DNA from: a virus
Taxonomy: Duplodnaviria > Caudoviricetes
Virus record (IMG/VR): IMGVR_UViG_3300016476_001378
Direction: 5' to 3' (one strand)
Length of the DNA stretch: 64,000 nucleotides
Below, one piece after another: positions 58,295 through 64,000 of this stretch. The notes below the pieces were generated by a model. The model ran no database searches. It worked only from the letters and a program-made list of their open reading frames with translations, and was not told where the DNA came from. The translations under genes were made by a program, and so were the position numbers. How positions within the stretch are numbered: the stretch's first letter is position 1; every line of letters begins with the position of its first letter.

Positions 58295-60880
58295 TTAAGC
58301 CCCCACCGCACTCGTTATTTGAGTTATTGTTTTGGTGTTATCTCTAAAAATTATAATAATTCTATACTTACCATAATTTGGGCTTACTCCGCTACTTTGA
58401 GTATTCTGGACTCCAAACGAGAAAGTCAAACTACTACCAGATGCTGATACTCTTGCCCCATAAAGATTATTAGTTCCGCCCCTAAATGAACCAATAGGCA
58501 CTGTTGCAAAATTGGCCCCTAAATCATAATAAAGTTCTGTTGTAGGATTATTTAAATCATAAATTTGGGCCAATATATTTACTGAACCAGTTCCAACAGC
58601 AGAAATATCACTCGCAACATTTGATAGTCCAGAAATGGTTAAAAGAATGCTACTTGCAAAAGAATTAAAGAAGAATCGTTGATATTCCTGATCGCCTGTG
58701 AAAGTTAATCTTGGAGAAGTATTATAAGGCAGGGTTGAAGGGGAATCATAATCTGCAGCAATGGGGTATGTCAAAGTTCCGTTTCTGACTTGCAGATAGC
58801 CATTTGCCATGCCTGTTTGTGAATTAAAGGAGCTACTTGTGTCTGTCTGCAATCTGTAGCTCTCATCTCTAAAATATTCAACTGTGTTAGTTGCTGGCGC
58901 TGAGGTATACGTGTTGATACTCCTTATAATAGATGCTGAACTTGATGCAGTTCCAGCAGAGCCTATGTATTCACCATGTGCTTTAAATAAGGCTACAGAT
59001 AAACTTCTTGTGTTTGTATATTGGCTTGGATTATCCAATGTAATTGTTACAGCATTTGCCCCTGTTTTATCAAATTCTGCATTATAAGCTGGAACTGTGC
59101 CTGGATTCAAAACTAAATTATTCATTCCAGTGCCATAAGCTATTGCTACAGATGTTGCATGATAACATCTATCAAAAATTCCAGATGCCGCTTTAAAAGA
59201 CAACGTGAATGTAGAATCTTTGCCATAGTACTTGATGCCTGATAACCAAACATCTACAGGCGACAACTCTGTTATTGTTGGAGAAACGCTAAAAGATGGA
59301 GTTGGCGAGGAATTTGAAGCTGTGTCTCTCCAAAAGCCTGCGACATTTGTTTCACCAGAAAGTGTATGGTCAAAAGAATGACCTTCCCAGCCCTCATTTG
59401 CTTGGGTGTAGCTAATGTGTCCGTATGCTTTTTCCCAAAGTGTATTATAAACATCAATAGAATCTATGGTGAGAGTGCCAGAGGTTCCTGGAAGACCTGT
59501 GGCAGTCAAGTCATAAGTGGCGTTTGTGGTAGATGTTACGGAAGATGATATATGGTTGTATTTGTAAACTTTATGTGTAGCCACACCATAAGTAGCTTGC
59601 GTGTTGGCTTTCCCAGCATAGAATGTTGAAGAATTATTGGCTGTATCTAATCTAAGGGCCCCTGTTAAAAAATATCTGTTTGATATGGTGTCACCAGCAT
59701 TGTATGTACCTGATGAAGTTTGATACCATGAATTTGTTAAACCAGAAGAAAGTTTAACAGTATAGAAATTTGGTGAAGAGGTTAAAACAAGAGCTGTTCC
59801 TGTTAATAAGTTTGGCTTTTGCGGAGCGATTAATTTTAATAATTCATTAATATCATCCATCGCATCTGCAACGGCTGTGGATGAAGTCCATGTATCAAAG
59901 TAACCATCGGTGTATGTTGTGTCTGTTGGGCTGCCAATTGAGCCACCTAAATTTTCGCCCCAAGTTGGTTGATTTGTAGTTGGATCAACTTTTAAAATTT
60001 GTTCAGGAGAACCAACGGGCAAAACGCTCCAAGTAGAAGTAGAACCATTGTAATAAATAATAGAACCATCTGCTTGGGATGAATCTGTTAATTTGGAAAC
60101 ATCAAATGTTTGTGAGCTTGCAAAAGTAACAGCTTGACCAAATCCAGTGGTTCCATTAAATGTATGGTTGCCAGACCAAGTATAATTAGCAGCTAAATCA
60201 ACGGTTAAAGTTAATTGACCTGTAGAAACAAAAGAGCCGCCTGTTACACCATTGACCTTGATGCCACCGCCACCCTTAACACCTAGGTTGCCTAAGCTTA
60301 ATTCGGTCCAACCAGAAGATGTGTAAAGCTTCATTACATTTAGATCATCTCTAAATATAATGTCACCAGTTTGTCCTACAGGGTCAGCTCCTGTGAAGCG
60401 GCCCAATCTTAAACTAGCATTATTTAATGCAAGATTGCCTGTAAGAGTGCCACCCGCGAGCTTTAAATAAAGGCTATTTGCCTCTGTGAGTGTGAGTGCC
60501 CCTACTTGCGCTACATCAACCCATGCAGCGCCATTAAAAATCTTTAATGTAGAAGAAACAGTATTAAAATAGAGGCCACCAGTAGCAGTAGAAGCTGGGT
60601 CTGCAGAAGCAGCATTAAGAACTAAACCAACATTTCCAGAAGTGGGAAGAAACTTAATGTCGCCAGTAACCACACCACCTGTTTTTAGTAAATATAAACT
60701 GGTATTTACACTAAAGTCAATAGTGCTTGGGCCAGGCGTGATAGTAATAGTGCCATTAGCAGAGCTGAATGTAATGTCGTTGATTAAAACATCACTTCCA
60801 ACTCTTAAGGAAGTGACGAGATTTTGTCCAACTGCACCAGCAGCTACTTTTCTAGGGGATACTATGTAAAAAGACGACAT
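58295..60880 (-). CDS. Virion structural/fibre protein (861 aa)
   Basis: YLLKTGG..TG and YLKLAGGTLTG fibre motifs; IGSPTDTTYTDG.F...ADA.D.INE.L; E.F.DE.YRL. Confidence 0.75.
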   Translation of the reverse strand: MSSFYIVSPRKVAAGAVGQNLVTSLRVGSDVLINDITFSSANGTITITPGPSTIDFSVNTSLYLLKTGGVVTGDIKFLPTSGNVGLVLNAASADPASTATGGLYFNTVSSTLKIFNGAAWVDVAQVGALTLTEANSLYLKLAGGTLTGNLALNNASLRLGRFTGADPVGQTGDIIFRDDLNVMKLYTSSGWTELSLGNLGVKGGGGIKVNGVTGGSFVSTGQLTLTVDLAANYTWSGNHTFNGTTGFGQAVTFASSQTFDVSKLTDSSQADGSIIYYNGSTSTWSVLPVGSPEQILKVDPTTNQPTWGENLGGSIGSPTDTTYTDGYFDTWTSSTAVADAMDDINELLKLIAPQKPNLLTGTALVLTSSPNFYTVKLSSGLTNSWYQTSSGTYNAGDTISNRYFLTGALRLDTANNSSTFYAGKANTQATYGVATHKVYKYNHISSSVTSTTNATYDLTATGLPGTSGTLTIDSIDVYNTLWEKAYGHISYTQANEGWEGHSFDHTLSGETNVAGFWRDTASNSSPTPSFSVSPTITELSPVDVWLSGIKYYGKDSTFTLSFKAASGIFDRCYHATSVAIAYGTGMNNLVLNPGTVPAYNAEFDKTGANAVTITLDNPSQYTNTRSLSVALFKAHGEYIGSAGTASSSASIIRSINTYTSAPATNTVEYFRDESYRLQTDTSSSFNSQTGMANGYLQVRNGTLTYPIAADYDSPSTLPYNTSPRLTFTGDQEYQRFFFNSFASSILLTISGLSNVASDISAVGTGSVNILAQIYDLNNPTTELYYDLGANFATVPIGSFRGGTNNLYGARVSASGSSLTFSFGVQNTQSSGVSPNYGKYRIIIIFRDNTKTITQITSAVGA

Positions 60881-60902
60881 CTATTTTAATCCATTTTATT
60901 TT

Positions 60903-62927
60903 TTACAATAAGTCAATAAGCAAGAAGGCAGACCAATAATTACTACCACCCGTTCTCACACATTCCAATTGTAACATTTCACCTGTGGTAACAACAACTT
61001 CGTTAAAATTCTCAAATGATTCGGATTCTTTGTTAATGTTTACTAAACCTTGATCAATTAAAACTTTGTTTCCACAATAAAGTTTGAATACCGCGTTTTG
61101 CTCTGTTGGCGCTTCATCAAACAATATCTCTAATCTTCTAATCTTCCAATTCACTTGAGCCAACGCACCTTGGGTTGTTAAATGTGGCACAGGAACTTTC
61201 ATTCTTATTTTTCTGTTATCAACTACCTCAGAGCCTGCAGCTAATGTCAAATAATGTGAAGGAATGTACTCTGATTTTGACTCTTTTTCAGTAAGAATAA
61301 TTCTTTTCTGCCCAGAGTTGAAAATTAGATGGTTTCCGTCAAACCAAATTTCACCACCTGTGAGTTCTGAAACAGATGGTGTGGGTTGAAATTTAATAGG
61401 GGCCTTTTTAGTTTCTGATAAAATTAATTGTGCTTTGTTTGCCAAAGTAACATCAGATACAAATGTATGATTGCCCTGCCAGAATGGATTAAAGTTAATG
61501 CTCTGGTCAAGATTGATAGATGTAATGCCTTCATTCTGCTGAATAACAACACCAGAGTTTTCATTGGTTTCTAAGTCTACAAGGATGTTTTTCCAAGTTG
61601 GGTTACTTCCTGGCCCCTGCGACATTAAGACTTGGCCAGACATGCCTTGCTCAAACGAAGCGAGTGATTGGTCATGCCCCTTTATAATGATCTGTCCAGG
61701 CGCAAAATCAATCAAATTAGCCCCTGTGCCACCATTTTCAATACCAACTACACCTCGGACATTCTGAGCGGTTCCAGTGATGTCTGAGGTAAGAAACGCT
61801 AAAGCTTTGCGCTGCCTTGATGTAGTTACAAATAAATAATTGCCATCAAACTCTACACCACCCTCAATTGCCTTTTCAATAAGGGGTAATCTTTGGAATC
61901 TAAGAGGGGGAAGAACAGGGCTCTTGCCAAGAGTAATAGGAAAATCAAAATGACCATCAAAACCAGATCTGTCAATTGGAGAATAAACAGGGACACCATT
62001 TTTAACCTGGAGATAGAATCCTTCGCAATTTTGTGTCGAAAGGGTCACTAAATTGTTATCAGAATCGGCATAAAGAATATCGCCCTTGTCATAAGCAGCA
62101 ATTCCAGTACCGCCCTGCGAAAGTGGCATTACACCCTTCAAACTATCTACAGAAAGCTGGCCATTAATTAAGCCAGATTCATTAACTGAGAAAACAGTTT
62201 TACCCGCTAATTCTACACTAAAATTAGGCTGCTTAACATTTAAGATAATTGCAGCAGAACTAGAAGACAAATCATTCTCTTTAAGCTTGGCATGATTTAA
62301 ACCAATTATTAATTGCTTCTCTCTGCTCTCAAAGCTCAAACCAGCTGCAAGGTTATTATCTCTTAGTTTGAAAACAGGATTGAATTCCTCAAATGTAGCT
62401 TGATTCCCATTGACATAAATGGTCTTAATACCTTGCATAAATTCTTTAGAAAATGATGCAAAATCTACCCAAGTCAAAGTTTTATTTTCAGCTAGTAAAA
62501 CTTTTCTTTCTTTAGGTATTGGCAAGAGATCTAATACTTCTTTGCCTGTGTTGATAAGGATGCCTTCTGTTGGGAATAAAGACCAGCCTGTACCACCTTT
62601 ACTAACAGGTAAAACACCCTCGGCTTGGTTCAAACTAACAGGGGCCCAATTTACTCCTCTGGAGGTAAATGTTAAAACGTAGTTATTTTTAGTGGGCTTT
62701 AAAACTTGCCAAGAAACACCATTGGAAACAATTAAAGAGCCTAAAGTGAAATTTTCATGACCTAAATTATTGATTGGAAAAGTTTGGTTTGCTGCGAAAG
62801 TTACAGCCTTTGCAAAGTTGTTTGTGCCTGTCCAAATGTTGTCGCCAGAGAAGTCTAAGCACAACTTGTTGTTATGTAAAATAATTCCATTACCCAGATT
62901 TTCTTCTTGCATTGGTAAATCAGCCAT
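60903..62927 (-). CDS. Fibre-like structural protein (674 aa)
   Basis: GVLPVSKGGTG, GVMPLSQGGTG, GVVGIENGGTG repeats; W.G.(H/N).F...VTFA..QTF shared with the 861-aa protein. Confidence 0.7.
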   Translation of the reverse strand: MADLPMQEENLGNGIILHNNKLCLDFSGDNIWTGTNNFAKAVTFAANQTFPINNLGHENFTLGSLIVSNGVSWQVLKPTKNNYVLTFTSRGVNWAPVSLNQAEGVLPVSKGGTGWSLFPTEGILINTGKEVLDLLPIPKERKVLLAENKTLTWVDFASFSKEFMQGIKTIYVNGNQATFEEFNPVFKLRDNNLAAGLSFESREKQLIIGLNHAKLKENDLSSSSAAIILNVKQPNFSVELAGKTVFSVNESGLINGQLSVDSLKGVMPLSQGGTGIAAYDKGDILYADSDNNLVTLSTQNCEGFYLQVKNGVPVYSPIDRSGFDGHFDFPITLGKSPVLPPLRFQRLPLIEKAIEGGVEFDGNYLFVTTSRQRKALAFLTSDITGTAQNVRGVVGIENGGTGANLIDFAPGQIIIKGHDQSLASFEQGMSGQVLMSQGPGSNPTWKNILVDLETNENSGVVIQQNEGITSINLDQSINFNPFWQGNHTFVSDVTLANKAQLILSETKKAPIKFQPTPSVSELTGGEIWFDGNHLIFNSGQKRIILTEKESKSEYIPSHYLTLAAGSEVVDNRKIRMKVPVPHLTTQGALAQVNWKIRRLEILFDEAPTEQNAVFKLYCGNKVLIDQGLVNINKESESFENFNEVVVTTGEMLQLECVRTGGSNYWSAFLLIDLL

Positions 62928-62964
62928 TCTAAGTTCCCGAGGCCCCTTTTATTTAAATACAATT

Positions 62965-63023
62965 TTACAGTTTTTCATAGCGCAACCCTGCCGCATAAAG
63001 GAATAACTGATAAGAATCTATAA
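62965..63023. promoter_or_regulatory. Back-to-back AGG-N19-TAA promoter-like motifs
   Basis: Minus 62989..62965 and plus 62999..63023, both with exact spacing, facing divergent structural operons. Confidence 0.6.
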
Positions 63024-63034
63024 GATGTACTGTG

Positions 63035-63290
63035 TGAAGGGATCAATCACCAAGGTATAGACAAGGTGCTGAGGTTGATATTCTTGAATTCAAAAAATTG
63101 AAAACTGAATTTAAATGACAATCTAAGACAATTGATTGGAGTTAACAATTTAGTTGTTAATGTCGCTGGGAATGTAACGACTAGGTGTAAATCCTTAGAT
63201 GCTCTGTTTTGCATGGGCAATCAGAGAGCATTCACAAAAATAAGACTTCTTCTCCTAAGAAGTCACGACAGATAGAAATTTTAAGGAGAT
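63035..63290 (+). ncRNA. Candidate structured 5' leader or ncRNA
   Basis: Series of about 7 hairpins, a T-loop-like GG-TGTAAAT-CC, and a last loop CTCCT complementary to the SD. Confidence 0.5.
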
Positions 63291-63297
63291 AATTATA

Positions 63298-64000
63298 ATG
63301 CCAAGTTATCCATCTAACTTTATCAACGGTGCAGCTCCTGGTGTTCAGTCCAAGAACAACGTTAGCGACCGCATTGAACTTCGCATTGGTAACCAGACCA
63401 CAGTCGCATCCGCAGCAACTTACACAGTTAGAGTTGCTACAACTGCTAACATTACCCTTAGCAACACACAAACTATTGACACTGTAAGTGTTGTAGCTAC
63501 AGACAGAGTTCTTGTTAAGAATCAGAACACTGCATCAGAAAACGGCATCTACGTCTGTGTAAGTGGTGGTGCATGGACAAGAGCTACCGACTTTAACGAG
63601 AATTCCGAAGTTCTTCAGAACTCCAGAGTTTATGTTACAGCTGGCTCCGCAAACATTGCTAAGCAGTTCTACCTTTCAACCGACGAGCCAATCGTTGTTG
63701 GTACAACCGATCTTACATTCACTGCTTCCCCAACTGCAGTTTCTTACCCAAGTGCTGCACATTATCCAACTGATGCTAACGTTGGTGTTGCTGACATCAC
63801 CAATGCAACAGACACATTAGGCAACTTCGCAACTGTCCTTGCACACTTGAACAAGGAAATCACAGCTTACAACACAGCTTATGCTGCTCTTGATGCAGTT
63901 GGAAGCTATGCTGAAGCTAATGAAAGAAGTTTCTTGGCCAATATGGATTCAAACAAGATCAACAGATTGAAGTATCAGATGTTACTCGATGCTTACAGAC
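63298..64000 (+). CDS. Virion structural protein (partial; runs off the edge, not in ORF track)
   Basis: AAGGAG SD; MPSYPSNFINGAAPG...VRVATTANITLSNTQTIDTV...DRVLVKNQNTASENGIY...WTRATD; open to the edge. Confidence 0.85.
   Translation, partial: MPSYPSNFINGAAPGVQSKNNVSDRIELRIGNQTTVASAATYTVRVATTANITLSNTQTIDTVSVVATDRVLVKNQNTASENGIYVCVSGGAWTRATDFNENSEVLQNSRVYVTAGSANIAKQFYLSTDEPIVVGTTDLTFTASPTAVSYPSAAHYPTDANVGVADITNATDTLGNFATVLAHLNKEITAYNTAYAALDAVGSYAEANERSFLANMDSNKINRLKYQMLLDAYR

Noticed and set aside
63165-63200. Cobalamin riboswitch (GGGAA...GGTGTAAATCC)
   Set aside because: Wrong spacing, and the downstream ACTGT and B12-box elements are missing
63232-63820. ORF-track calls 63232..63471(-) and 63563..63820(+)
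   Set aside because: They overlap the gene starting at 63298, which the track missed because it has no stop in the window

Overview
AT-rich, gene-dense window that reads as part of a very large (jumbo or huge) tailed-phage genome, standard genetic code. About 1-38 kb is an accessory and host-takeover region. It carries FeoA, Fic, several glycosyltransferase-like genes, a glnK-amtB operon, an HNH-type endonuclease facing a one-piece tmRNA, trxB and trxA, DUF1552, a 935-aa probable outer-membrane protein, DnaK, FkbM, a ferritin-like DUF5856, a HigA-like HTH, YhaM, peptide deformylase, a sigma-70-family factor, an HhH glycosylase, a PLD-like protein, RuvB, ThyX and a DUF1257/DUF2997 pair. About 38-64 kb is a virion module with giant Thr/Ser/Gly-rich fibre genes (3554 and 1726 aa) that share long modules. 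Signals that the gene list does not explain: (1) a fixed-spacing AGG-N19-(T/G)AA motif, like the sigma-H consensus, upstream of about 12 transcription units including the structural ones; (2) a shared ~35-aa helical tag plus [K/R]-x-[A/S] junctions on small proteins in that regulon, a candidate head-targeting and prohead-protease system; (3) strong over-representation of the palindrome GGGCCC; (4) two unannotated structured RNAs, one with a hairpin loop complementary to the downstream Shine-Dalgarno; (5) a tmRNA with a non-canonical G discriminator. Family names come from motif recognition and memory, not database searches. Several ORF-track starts were trimmed to the most plausible ATG.
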